Assembly: GCA_965223265.1 (NCBI GenBank)
Contig: OZ244999.1
Span: forward strand, 3,680,001 to 3,744,000
Direction of reading: 5' to 3'
Origin: Planctomycetota bacterium
GTDB lineage: Bacteria > Planctomycetota > UBA8108 > SXIK01
Length of the DNA: 64,000 nucleotides
Position 1 is the stretch's first letter. Each line of letters begins with the position of its first letter. The notes under the pieces are model-generated. The model was given only the letters and a program-made list of their open reading frames with translations. It searched no databases and was not told where the DNA came from. The position numbers were made by a program, and so were the translations under genes. Shown piece after piece: positions 1 to 8,295 of this stretch.

Positions 1-2
1 TT

Positions 3-1178
3 CGACCACGCACGGCCGACGGCGGCCCGCTGGTCGTCGCTTCAGATGGTGCCCGCCGGACTATGCATCAAATCGTCTATTCTGTCGAAGGTCCTGACTC
101 AAGCGCGATCGTCGTCACACGTGTATTGAACGATGAAATCGTTCACGAGCCGGTCGTCGGTAGCCGCCGCACTCTCGAACGTCCAGTGATCGCGCTGAAC
201 CCGAACTCGAATCGGTCACTCGTTGTCTTCGAGCAACCATCGAGCGATGGCAGCGGCAAAGAACTCATGGCGACTTACTTCGAGCCTTTCGCCATGGGAA
301 AAATAGGCCCAGAGTTCCCTCTCGCGACAGCGGAACACGCGGCCCTCATTTCAAGCTCCGAGGAGAGTTTCCTCTTCAGTTGCGTGGGTCCCGACGGTGT
401 TGTCACCGGGCGTATCACCGGGATGCACATTGAATCGGTTCTCGACGAACCGCTACCGTTGGTCGAACAACCCTTCCTCTCCGGCATCGAAAGCAACCCG
501 CCGCTCGTTGGCTTCCGCTCGCAGCTGGCGACGATTTCGCAGGTTCAAGGCGTCATTTTCACGGTGCCAGGTGAGCTCCCCCCGAACTCTCCTCCGGCCG
601 TCGATGCAGGCGAGGACATCGCCGTCGAAGCGGGCGCGCGGCTCGAACTCACCGCCACTGCTGGCGACGACAACGGCGAGCCATTGGCGTTTCGGTGGTG
701 CGAGATCACAGAGGCTCGCCTTGAGTGTCTTCAGCCCGCGACGTTCAATGACGGCTCCTTCTCAGTCGTGATGCCAATCGACGCTGCCGGATCGGTTCGT
801 CGCTTCGAGGTGTGCGCGGACGATCTCCGCACGGAGCCAGCGTTCTCCTCCTGCGACGTCGTCGAAGTCACGGTCACGGCTTCAACGCCGAAGATGACCT
901 TTCGCCGCGGCGAATGTAACGCCGACGGCGACATCGATATCTCTGACGCCGTATTTACGCTCGGGTTTCTCTTTCTCGGCGAGGAGCAGCCGGGTTGTCT
1001 CGACGCGTGCGATTCGAACGACGATGGCTCACTGGACATCTCCGATGCCATTGCGACGCTTGGAATACTGTTTCTCGGGCAAGGCGAGATGCCGCTACCA
1101 GGTATGAAGGCGTGCGGTGTCGACCCAACGGAAGACGATGTCAGCTGTGACGAAAAGCCTGCTATCTGCGAAAAATAG
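3..1178 (+). CDS. Secreted/surface protein, 5'-partial, with PKD/Ig-like domain and C-terminal planctomycete-type dockerin-like (paired EF-hand) domain
   Basis: The frame is open from base 3 through ATG 63 to TAG 1178. PPAVDAGED...LELTATAGDDNGEPLAFRW is a PKD/K319L-like start. The C-terminal FRRGECNADGDIDISDAVFTL...DACDSNDDGSLDISDAI...CGVDPT is a duplicated Ca-binding dockerin-like motif. Confidence 0.8.
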   Translation, partial: RPRTADGGPLVVASDGARRTMHQIVYSVEGPDSSAIVVTRVLNDEIVHEPVVGSRRTLERPVIALNPNSNRSLVVFEQPSSDGSGKELMATYFEPFAMGKIGPEFPLATAEHAALISSSEESFLFSCVGPDGVVTGRITGMHIESVLDEPLPLVEQPFLSGIESNPPLVGFRSQLATISQVQGVIFTVPGELPPNSPPAVDAGEDIAVEAGARLELTATAGDDNGEPLAFRWCEITEARLECLQPATFNDGSFSVVMPIDAAGSVRRFEVCADDLRTEPAFSSCDVVEVTVTASTPKMTFRRGECNADGDIDISDAVFTLGFLFLGEEQPGCLDACDSNDDGSLDISDAIATLGILFLGQGEMPLPGMKACGVDPTEDDVSCDEKPAICEK

Positions 1179-1183
1179 ATATT

Positions 1184-1221
1184 GGGGTGCGAGCCGCATC
1201 TCTGCGAAATCCTACGGTAAG
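1184..1221 (+). repeat. Left terminal inverted repeat (IRL) of Tn3-family element
   Basis: GGGGTGCGAGCCGCATCTCTGCGAAATCCTACGGTAAG fits the Tn3-family GGGG...TAAG 38-bp IR pattern. Confidence 0.93.
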
Positions 1222-1292
1222 GAGCTCCTCGGAGCCGCCGTTACCGTAGGTTTTGGGCCAATCCCGGCCGATTCGGCTTGATGCTGCCCTTT

Positions 1293-1406
1293 CATTGCGC
1301 ATCATCATGGTGGGAAAGCAGACTTATGCGCAATGCAGTGACGGTGAAGCTGGTCTTATGCGCAATGAACAGGGGGTCTATCGAGGGGGTCTACATTGCG
1401 CATAAG
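1293..1406. promoter_or_regulatory. Putative internal resolution site / recombinase operator: four CTTATGCGCAATG boxes
   Basis: Boxes at 1293-1305 (reverse, imperfect), 1323-1335 and 1355-1367 (forward, identical) and 1394-1406 (reverse, perfect, overlapping the recombinase start). AGGGGGTCTA is also repeated at 1371-1380 and 1384-1393. Confidence 0.7.
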
Positions 1407-2343
1407 TCGGAAGGCAAAGCCGAAGCAAGGGGTCGCCGACTGGCTCGGAGACTTCCTCCAGAGCCTCACCAAGGCCGACCTCAGCCCCCGAAGCGTTGAG
1501 GCCTATCGGCGCGACCTGGAACTTTTCCACCGCTGGTTCAGGAACCTCCGCGACAAAGATGCACGCTGGCAGACGCTCTCGAGCATCGATCTCATCAGCT
1601 ACCGTCAGCACCTTGTCACCGTCGAACGGCGAAAACCTTCGACGGTGAATCGGCGGCTCCATTCCCTCAGGCGTTTTTGTCGGTGGGCGAGAAACGAAGG
1701 ACTGCTCGATGAGGACCCCTCTGCTGACGTCAAGACGATCCGCGACGGAACTCAGCGCCGCCCTCAAGGGCTCCACCAATCCGAGGTCCATGCTCTTCTT
1801 CGCGTTGCCGGTGAATCGGGACGTGGGCATGCCAAGCGCAATTACGCGTTGGCGCAGTTTTTTCTTCAGACGGGCGTGCGACTGAACGAAGCCGCTTCGA
1901 TGTGTATTGCCGACGCGACAATCCGTGCTCGCACTGGCGTAGCGCGAGTGCGTGAAGGGAAAGGACGGAAGCAGCGAGAGGTGCCGCTTAACGCCACCGC
2001 TCGTCGGGCGCTTCGTAGATACCTCGACAGTCGGAGTCGAGCCAAACCAGACGACCCGCTCTTTGAGAGTGGGCGCGGTTCGCGGCTCTCCGCGCGCTCC
2101 ATCCAGAATACGATTTCCGAGCTCGCTCGCCGCGCGAAGATTACCCGCCTTGAAGTCTCGCCACACACGCTTCGCCACACGTTCGCCCTCTGGTACCTGC
2201 GCGACAACCCTGGAAAGCTCGTCGAGTTGGCGAATCTCCTCGGGCACGAATCCCTCGATACAACGGCAATCTACACACAGCCCTCACGAGATGATCTTCA
2301 AGCCGACCTCGAGAGAAGCTCGCTCAATGTCTACGACGACTGA
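1396..2343 (+). CDS. Tyrosine recombinase (XerC/D-like; TnpI-type cointegrate resolvase)
   Basis: N-terminal SAM-like domain (LSPRSVEAYRRDL), catalytic motifs TGVRLNEA, GKGRKQR, HTLRHTF and LLGHESLDTTAIYT; lies directly upstream of and overlaps tnpA. Confidence 0.92.
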   Translation: MRISRKAKPKQGVADWLGDFLQSLTKADLSPRSVEAYRRDLELFHRWFRNLRDKDARWQTLSSIDLISYRQHLVTVERRKPSTVNRRLHSLRRFCRWARNEGLLDEDPSADVKTIRDGTQRRPQGLHQSEVHALLRVAGESGRGHAKRNYALAQFFLQTGVRLNEAASMCIADATIRARTGVARVREGKGRKQREVPLNATARRALRRYLDSRSRAKPDDPLFESGRGSRLSARSIQNTISELARRAKITRLEVSPHTLRHTFALWYLRDNPGKLVELANLLGHESLDTTAIYTQPSRDDLQADLERSSLNVYDD

Positions 2344-5296
2344 GGGAACAGAAACTCTTGAGCGCTTCCTCACCTCGAAGCAGCGTCGAAACCCGATCGT
2401 TTTGCCTCAGGATTCAAGCGATGAGGAACTCGCACGGGACTGGACCCTCTCTGAGGCCGACAAGGCCGAGGTCCTTCGCTGTCGGGGAGAAGACTATCGG
2501 AGAAGTTTCGCTCTCCAGCTCTGTGTCCTTCGAAACTACGGGCGGTTCCTCCGTGAGTACGGCGCGGTACCTGCGCGGATTGCAAACCACCTCGGCCGCC
2601 AAGTGGGGCTTGCTCCGGTACTCCTCTTCCTCCCGCCAACTCGCGAGGCGACGGAACTCGAGCACCAGCGCCGAATCCGTGACCATCTTGGCGTTCAACC
2701 CTTCGACTCGTCGGTTGAGACAAGGCTCAAGCGCTGGGTCCGGGTGCGAGCCCGAGAAGGGATCTCGTCGCTCGAACTTTTTCGCCGTGCAGAAGATGTC
2801 CTGCGCTCTTGGAGAATCCTGCTTCCAGCACCCTCGACCATCGAGCGGATTGTCGCCTCGGTCTCCGCCCGCGCGCGGCACGGGCTCTTTGACGAGGTCT
2901 TCGGCCGCGTGACTCCAGAACTGCGCCGGGCGATCGATCAACTCCTCGAGGCTCCCGACGGCGATCGCAAGTCTCCCCTCTTTCTTCTCAAGGAGTATCC
3001 ACCGGAGGCAAGCGCTGGTGCGATCAACCGGTTCATTGAGCGGTACCACTTTCTGCGTTCAATCGGTGTGGGAGAGATCGACCTCTCAGGCGTGCCGTCC
3101 ACTCAGGTGGGCTCTCTTTCTGCGCTCGCAAGACGTTACGACGCTCATTCCCTGAAGCGTTTTGCCGAAGGGAAGCGTTACGCTATGGTGGCCTGCTTCC
3201 TGTTCGAAGCCCAGCGAACCACGCTTGATCACGTGGTCCTCATGCACGACCAATTCGTGACGACGATGTCTCGAAGGTCCAGGCACAGCTTCGAAGACCG
3301 CTATCGAGCGGTACGCAAGAAAGCCAAGCAAGGGTTCGACATTCTCCTTTGTGCCGTTGAGGTCCTCCTCGACTCGAAGAGGCCACGGAGTGAAGTCCTC
3401 GACGAACTCTACAGCGAAATCGATGAGCACGAGCTTCGAGAAGCGAAGGAGGCCTGCCGAGATCTCCAGCGGCTTGAAGACCGGGGTTTCGTCGACGCCT
3501 TCTCTTCGCGCTACTCGCATTTCCGCCGCTACCTCCCGAAGTTTCTTGAGCTACCCTTCGAGGGAGAACCGGGTGCGGAGCCTCTTCTCGATGCGCTTTC
3601 TCTCGTACGCGCACTCGATTCCGGCGAGAAAGCGACACTCCCCCCGGAGACGCCCATTCGCTTTGTACCCAAAGCCTGGCGGTCGGCTCTCGAAAAGGAT
3701 CCTGGATCCATCGACAGGCGCGTTTGGGAACTCGCGCTTGCCGTTGGAGTGCGTGACGCCTTGCGCTCAGGCACTCTCTACCTCCCCGAGAGTCGCCGCC
3801 ATGTTTCCTTCTGGAACCTCGTCTACGACGAAGAACGCTGGGAAGAGGAACGCGAGGAGGCGTACGAAGAGCTTGAGCTCCCGACAGAGCCCGACGACGA
3901 ACTCGCGCGGCTCACTCAGGAATTCGACGAGGTGGCGCGACGCACTCAAGAAGGCTTGCGAGAGAACGACTTCGCCTCGATCGAGAACGACAGCCTCAGG
4001 CTTCGGCGTCAGGACAGACTCGAGCTTCCAGAGCGCGTCAAGAAGCTGAAGCAGGTAATCGAGACGCACCTTCCCCAGGTCCGCATCGAAGACCTACTCA
4101 TGGACGTAGATTCCTGGTGCGGCTTCACAAAAGAACTTCGTCCGCTCGGGGGTTACGAGCCCCGCTCCGAAAACCTCGACGTGGCCCTCTTCTCAGCGCT
4201 CATAGCCCACGGTACGAATCTCGGGATTGCGGCCATGGGCCACAGCGTCGAGGGCATGACCGTCGATACGCTTCAATACGCGAGCCGGTGGTTCCTTCGT
4301 GAGGAGACGCTGAAGGCGGCGAACGCCGTCCTCGTTAACTACCACCACGAGCTGCCGTTGAGCTCGGTGTGGGGTGACGGAACTGCCTCGTCCTCAGACG
4401 GGCAGAGGTTTGGAATCCAGGCGAGCTCGCTTCTTGGGAGTTTCTACCCCAGGTACTTCGGTTACTACGATCGAGCGGTGACTATCTACACCCACACCTC
4501 GGACGAGTACTCGGTCTTCGGAACGCGGCCCATCTCCTGCGCGCCTCGGGAAGCTCCGTGGGTCCTTGACGGCCTTCTTGAAAACGACACGGTCCTCAGG
4601 CCACGAGAGCACTACACGGACACAGGCGGCTACACCGAGCACGTCTTTGGACTTTGCGACCTCCTCGGCTACTCCTTCATGCCGCGCCTTCGTGATCTCA
4701 AGGACCAGCAGATCTATAGGGTGAAACGCGATGGGGGCTACGGACATCTCGACTCGCTCTTTCGCGGTGGTATCGACACGGCCCTCATTCGCGAGCAGTG
4801 GGATTCGCTGGTGCGAGTCGCCGCGTCGCTTCGAAACCGCACCGCTCCGGCACATGTGGTCCTCAAGCGACTCTCCAATCGTGCCTCGACAGACCGGCTC
4901 GCGAAGGCACTCACCATGCTCGGCAGAGTGCTGAAGACGAACTACATCCTCCGCTATCTTCACGAGGCGGACCTACGATATCGCGTTCAGCTTCAGCTCA
5001 ACCGTGGAGAGTCCCGCCACTATCTCGCTAAGCGGCTTTTCTTCGCCGACCGAGGTGAGTTTCGAACGGGGGACTACGAGGAGATCATGAACAAGGCGAC
5101 GTGCCTGAGCCTTCTTTCCAATGCCGTCGTGGTCTGGAACACGGTGCGCATGGCAAAGATCGTCGAGCAGCTTCGGGAAGCTGGCGAAGAGGTTTTCGAC
5201 GAGGACCTCCGGCATATCGCTCCGCTGGCACACCGACATGTGATCCCGAACGGGACTTATCATTTCGGTCGTCGCAGAGCTGAGAGCGCCCGGTGA
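2327..5296 (+). CDS. tnpA: Tn3-family transposase (989 aa)
   Basis: DUF4158-like N-terminus (RRSFALQLCVLRNYGRF) and DDE_Tnp_Tn3 motifs SSSDGQRF, HYTDTGGYTEHVFGLCDLLGYSFMPRLRDL, QLNRGESRHYLAKRLFF. ATG 2327 overlaps the recombinase 3' end and gives a typical TnpA length. Confidence 0.95.
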   Translation: MSTTTEGTETLERFLTSKQRRNPIVLPQDSSDEELARDWTLSEADKAEVLRCRGEDYRRSFALQLCVLRNYGRFLREYGAVPARIANHLGRQVGLAPVLLFLPPTREATELEHQRRIRDHLGVQPFDSSVETRLKRWVRVRAREGISSLELFRRAEDVLRSWRILLPAPSTIERIVASVSARARHGLFDEVFGRVTPELRRAIDQLLEAPDGDRKSPLFLLKEYPPEASAGAINRFIERYHFLRSIGVGEIDLSGVPSTQVGSLSALARRYDAHSLKRFAEGKRYAMVACFLFEAQRTTLDHVVLMHDQFVTTMSRRSRHSFEDRYRAVRKKAKQGFDILLCAVEVLLDSKRPRSEVLDELYSEIDEHELREAKEACRDLQRLEDRGFVDAFSSRYSHFRRYLPKFLELPFEGEPGAEPLLDALSLVRALDSGEKATLPPETPIRFVPKAWRSALEKDPGSIDRRVWELALAVGVRDALRSGTLYLPESRRHVSFWNLVYDEERWEEEREEAYEELELPTEPDDELARLTQEFDEVARRTQEGLRENDFASIENDSLRLRRQDRLELPERVKKLKQVIETHLPQVRIEDLLMDVDSWCGFTKELRPLGGYEPRSENLDVALFSALIAHGTNLGIAAMGHSVEGMTVDTLQYASRWFLREETLKAANAVLVNYHHELPLSSVWGDGTASSSDGQRFGIQASSLLGSFYPRYFGYYDRAVTIYTHTSDEYSVFGTRPISCAPREAPWVLDGLLENDTVLRPREHYTDTGGYTEHVFGLCDLLGYSFMPRLRDLKDQQIYRVKRDGGYGHLDSLFRGGIDTALIREQWDSLVRVAASLRNRTAPAHVVLKRLSNRASTDRLAKALTMLGRVLKTNYILRYLHEADLRYRVQLQLNRGESRHYLAKRLFFADRGEFRTGDYEEIMNKATCLSLLSNAVVVWNTVRMAKIVEQLREAGEEVFDEDLRHIAPLAHRHVIPNGTYHFGRRRAESAR

Positions 5297-5420
5297 GCTC
5301 AGCGGGATGCGGTCCAATGGGTCAGCTATGGCTCCGGGACAGAAATGTCTGCATCCCCAATATTTTCCGCAAATTCTTCAGACAAGAACTGGTTCCCTCG
5401 GGGTCTTTTCCAATGAAGAT

Positions 5421-5975
5421 ATGAGCGACCGTGGTTGCACCCCAGACGACTCTGGAATCCAGGAGCCGAACTCAGGGTCGCGCTTAGGCTTCCTTTACGA
5501 CGCCTACGGCGCCGAACTCTTTCGCTACGCTTCGATGCTACTGGCTGACCCCCACAATGCGGAGGACGCACTACAACAAGTGTTTCTCAAGCTTGCCCGC
5601 AGAGGAAGAACGACACGAATCAACTCGCCCTGGAGCTACCTACGCCAGGCGGTACGCAATGAATGCTACCGCATCCTCCGATCACGCCGTACGGAGGAAG
5701 AGATGCAGAGGAGCGATGTGTCACAACTACTTGAAAGTCACAGTCCGGCCCAGTTTGCCGAGGAAAATGACGAGCGCCTCAGACTCGAGCGAGCTCTTAG
5801 GACCTTGCCACCCGAACAGCGCGAGGTGGTGCATCTGAAGGTCTACGAAAAGAAGACTTTCAAAGAGATTTCCGAGATGACGTTCGTTTCTATCAACACC
5901 GCAAGCAGCCGCTATCGCTACGCCTTGGAGAAGCTTGCGTTGCTTCTTAAGGAAGAAAGAAGGTCCAAGGAGTAA
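5421..5975 (+). CDS. ECF-type RNA polymerase sigma-70 factor
   Basis: Region 2 (LYDAYGAELFRYA...AEDALQQVFLKL...WSYLRQAVRNEC) and region 4 (LRTLPPEQREVVHLKVYEKKTFKEISE...SINTASSRYRYAL). Start could also be the upstream ATG at 5307. Confidence 0.9.
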   Translation: MSDRGCTPDDSGIQEPNSGSRLGFLYDAYGAELFRYASMLLADPHNAEDALQQVFLKLARRGRTTRINSPWSYLRQAVRNECYRILRSRRTEEEMQRSDVSQLLESHSPAQFAEENDERLRLERALRTLPPEQREVVHLKVYEKKTFKEISEMTFVSINTASSRYRYALEKLALLLKEERRSKE

Positions 5976-5978
5976 TTC

Positions 5979-6356
5979 GTGGAAAACCATCGTGAGTTGG
6001 AATCCCTGCTGGAGAAGTACTGCCCCCGAGGCCCAAGGCCGGGATTCCGTTCACAGGTCATAGCGCTTACCAGCGCGTGTCATGAGCGTACTCGTTTGCG
6101 CAGAAAGTCATTGGTGTGCAGCCTCGCTGCGGCTCTTCTTCTCTTTGCCATTGGGCTCAGCGTCACGACAGAGGCGATTTATCGCGAAAACGCGGACATC
6201 CTGAGAATCGGGGAGTACGAATGGACCAAGGAGGCCGAGGAAATCGCCGGGATCCTTGGTGGCGGAGGCTGGGGGCGTAGATATCTCTCTCTGCAACTGG
6301 CCGCCGGGATCCTCGTGGACCCTTCGGCGATGGATGTACGGAGACCATTGAAATGA
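5979..6356 (+). CDS. Small single-TM protein, putative anti-sigma factor
   Basis: Starts 4 nt after the sigma stop with SD AAGGAG. ELESLLEKYCPRGPRPGFRSQV is followed by a TM helix (LVCSLAAALLLFAIGLSV), the usual layout of membrane anti-sigma factors. Confidence 0.6.
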   Translation: MENHRELESLLEKYCPRGPRPGFRSQVIALTSACHERTRLRRKSLVCSLAAALLLFAIGLSVTTEAIYRENADILRIGEYEWTKEAEEIAGILGGGGWGRRYLSLQLAAGILVDPSAMDVRRPLK

Positions 6357-7759
6357 AACCAGAGATTCGAGCAAGAAAGCCGTTATGGCGTCGCGTCATA
6401 GGACATTTCGGCACGAGCGTCGAGGCCACCCGAACAAGAATGCCGCTGTGGCGTCGCATCCTTCGACGTTTGGCCTTTGGCCTCGTGGCGCTCATCGTCC
6501 TCTTTCTTGCCGCACGCTCCGTCTGGCTCTTTGTCACCGCTCGAGCCATCAAAGAGGAACTCGCGGCGATTCGCGCCGCGGGTGAGCCGGTGACTTTCGA
6601 GGATCTCGACCGCGCCCACGCAAAGATTGACGCTGGGGACGACGCCGCACGCTTCTACCTGGCGGCGATCTCTTTGATGGAGGGAACGGAAGAAGAAGAG
6701 GACTTGCTGAGCATCTACGTGGCCAAAGCTGAGCAGTGGCCACTCGAGTTGCCCAAGGACGGAGCCCAGGAACATGCGGAACGTCTCTTAGGGCGCAACG
6801 AGCAGGTGCTTGAACTGGTCGACAAGGCAGCCCTGCTACCGGAGTGCCGCTATGACATGCGGGTCCGACAGGGAGCGAAGGCCGTGCTCGAAGGCATAGA
6901 CGGACCGCGCAATCTTGCCTCTCTGGCGACGTTACGCGTCGTCCACAAAGCGCTACGGAAGGAAGGAGATGCGGCTCTGTCTGCGGTGGTCTCGGCGGTG
7001 CGGCTTTCGCGCGTCTTCGAGCGAGAACCGACGCTCATTCTCCACCTGCTCGCCACGGGGCTACGAACCCAGGCCATCGGAAAGGTTCCCCTGGTACTCG
7101 AGAGTGGACCTTCCGACGCCGCCCTGGTGAGACTCGAAGAGGCACTCCGGGCGGCGGACCGGCCGGAGCGCCTCTCCGACAGCCTGCTCGTCGAGCGTGT
7201 GTTTTCTCTGCTCTTTTCCAAGAACATCTTTGTCGGGACCCTAACCCTGAACATGCCCGACGGAAGCTTCTACGGTCAGTTCCCAGTGAATTTCGGCAAT
7301 CGCCCGTTCTTCCAGAGTATGGCTCTGGGCTACTTGCGCGACCTGGGCAAGTTCCTGCGGGCCTCGCGACAGCCTTGGCCGGAGATCTTGGGCGCCTTTG
7401 AGAAGATTCAAGCCGAAAGCCAGTTCGGAAAGATGCTTCAGTCCGGGTGGGAACATACTCTCGCGAGCATTGGTAGGTCCCTAACTGTGGCGCGTAGCGC
7501 CCGCGTTGCCGTCTTCGTGGAGCGTTATCGTTTAGCGAACGGTCGCTTCCCGGAGTCACTCGCGGAACTCGACACGGCCTTCGCCGAAAGCCTGCCGAGC
7601 GACCCGTATTCTGGAGGCAGCCTTATTTTGCGCCGCGAGGACGGGAGCTACACAGTTTACGGAGTCGGTGCGAACCAGAAAGACGACGGTGGCGCGGTCA
7701 AGAGGGACGAACAAGGAGAGTCCCTGGACGTTGGGGTGCGCGTGCGCCAGAGCAGGTGA
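6353..7759 (+). CDS. Membrane-anchored helical protein with GspG/pseudopilin-like C-terminal motif
   Basis: ATGA overlap with the upstream gene, N-terminal TM (LAFGLVALIVLFLAA), C-terminal ERYRLANGRFPESLAEL...LPSDPYSG...VYGVGANQKDDGG. Confidence 0.7.
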   Translation: MKPEIRARKPLWRRVIGHFGTSVEATRTRMPLWRRILRRLAFGLVALIVLFLAARSVWLFVTARAIKEELAAIRAAGEPVTFEDLDRAHAKIDAGDDAARFYLAAISLMEGTEEEEDLLSIYVAKAEQWPLELPKDGAQEHAERLLGRNEQVLELVDKAALLPECRYDMRVRQGAKAVLEGIDGPRNLASLATLRVVHKALRKEGDAALSAVVSAVRLSRVFEREPTLILHLLATGLRTQAIGKVPLVLESGPSDAALVRLEEALRAADRPERLSDSLLVERVFSLLFSKNIFVGTLTLNMPDGSFYGQFPVNFGNRPFFQSMALGYLRDLGKFLRASRQPWPEILGAFEKIQAESQFGKMLQSGWEHTLASIGRSLTVARSARVAVFVERYRLANGRFPESLAELDTAFAESLPSDPYSGGSLILRREDGSYTVYGVGANQKDDGGAVKRDEQGESLDVGVRVRQSR

Positions 7760-7829
7760 GGCTACCGGTGGCAGGTAGACACGACGTGTGTGACGTCAGG
7801 TGGCGGGGTGGCCTCATTGCGCATAATTC

Positions 7830-7867
7830 GCTACCGTAGGATTTCACAGAGATGCGGCTGGGACCCC
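7830..7867 (-). repeat. Right terminal inverted repeat (IRR) of Tn3-family element
   Basis: Reverse complement GGGGTCCCAGCCGCATCTCTGTGAAATCCTACGGTAGC, 33/38 identical to IRL, followed by the ATATT TSD. Confidence 0.93.
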
Positions 7868-7898
7868 ATATTGAGTGATTGAGTGCTTAGGTCCGTGC

Positions 7899-7936
7899 GG
7901 GGACGTCTTCCATGGAGAGACGTCCCTGTTTTTTTT
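7899..7936 (+). terminator. Rho-independent terminator (original terminator of the dockerin-domain gene)
   Basis: Stem GGGACGTCT (7900-7908) / AGACGTCCC (7918-7926) followed by TGTTTTTTTT. Confidence 0.8.
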
Positions 7937-8019
7937 GTTGACCGTGCTGAAATGGGAAACGGGAGTGCGCATGGGCTGGAGAGTATGCGTGGGCGTGGGC
8001 GTAGGCGTTCCGTTGCTCT

Positions 8020-8163
8020 GCCTCTGACTCCGTATCTGCATCTGTCTCCGTCTCCGCCTCTGACTCCGTATCTGCATCTGTCTCCGTCTCCGCCTCTGAC
8101 TCCGTATCTGCATCTGTCTCCGTCTCTGCCTCTGACTCCGTATCTGCATCTGTCTCCGCCTCC
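8020..8163. repeat. Tandem repeat, 4 x 36 bp (GCCTCTGACTCCGTATCTGCATCTGTCTCCGTCTCC), built from GNNTCY hexamers
   Basis: Copies at 8020, 8056, 8092 and 8128, head-to-tail without spacers. Confidence 0.9.
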
Positions 8164-8295
8164 GCTTCCGTCTCTCCCTCCCGTCATCCCTACCCCCTCA
8201 CGGCGGGGCGTCGATTGCGATCCACAGCAACTTCGCTTACGATTTCGGTCCGAGTCACACACTTTTCTCCCGTCTTCTCCCAGCCCTCATCCCCA

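Larger units (their letters stand above)
1184..7867 (+). mobile_element. Complete Tn3-family transposon with tyrosine-recombinase resolvase and ECF sigma cargo (6,684 bp)
   Basis: 38-bp terminal inverted repeats starting GGGG (33/38 identical), 5-bp direct repeat ATATT on both flanks (1179-1183 and 7868-7872), and a 989-aa Tn3-type transposase inside. Confidence 0.95.

Noticed and set aside
1378-2247. 289-aa minus-strand ORF
   Set aside because: Antisense shadow of the tyrosine recombinase; no recognisable motifs.
1952-2326. 1114-aa version of the transposase starting at 1952
   Set aside because: The extension overlaps the recombinase catalytic region and looks like off-frame sequence; ATG 2327 gives a typical 989-aa TnpA.
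1396-2343. Recombinase as chromosomal XerC/XerD, phage integrase or integron integrase
   Set aside because: It lies inside Tn3 IRs, is coupled to tnpA, and no phage genes or attC cassette array are visible.
5297-5420. Guide or structured ncRNA between tnpA and the sigma gene (RNA-guided sigma system)
   Set aside because: No TnpB/Cas12f-like gene in the element and no convincing stable structure; more simply a promoter region.
8020-8163. 36-bp repeats as a CRISPR array
   Set aside because: Units are head-to-tail with no unique spacers, are built from hexamers, and no cas genes are present.
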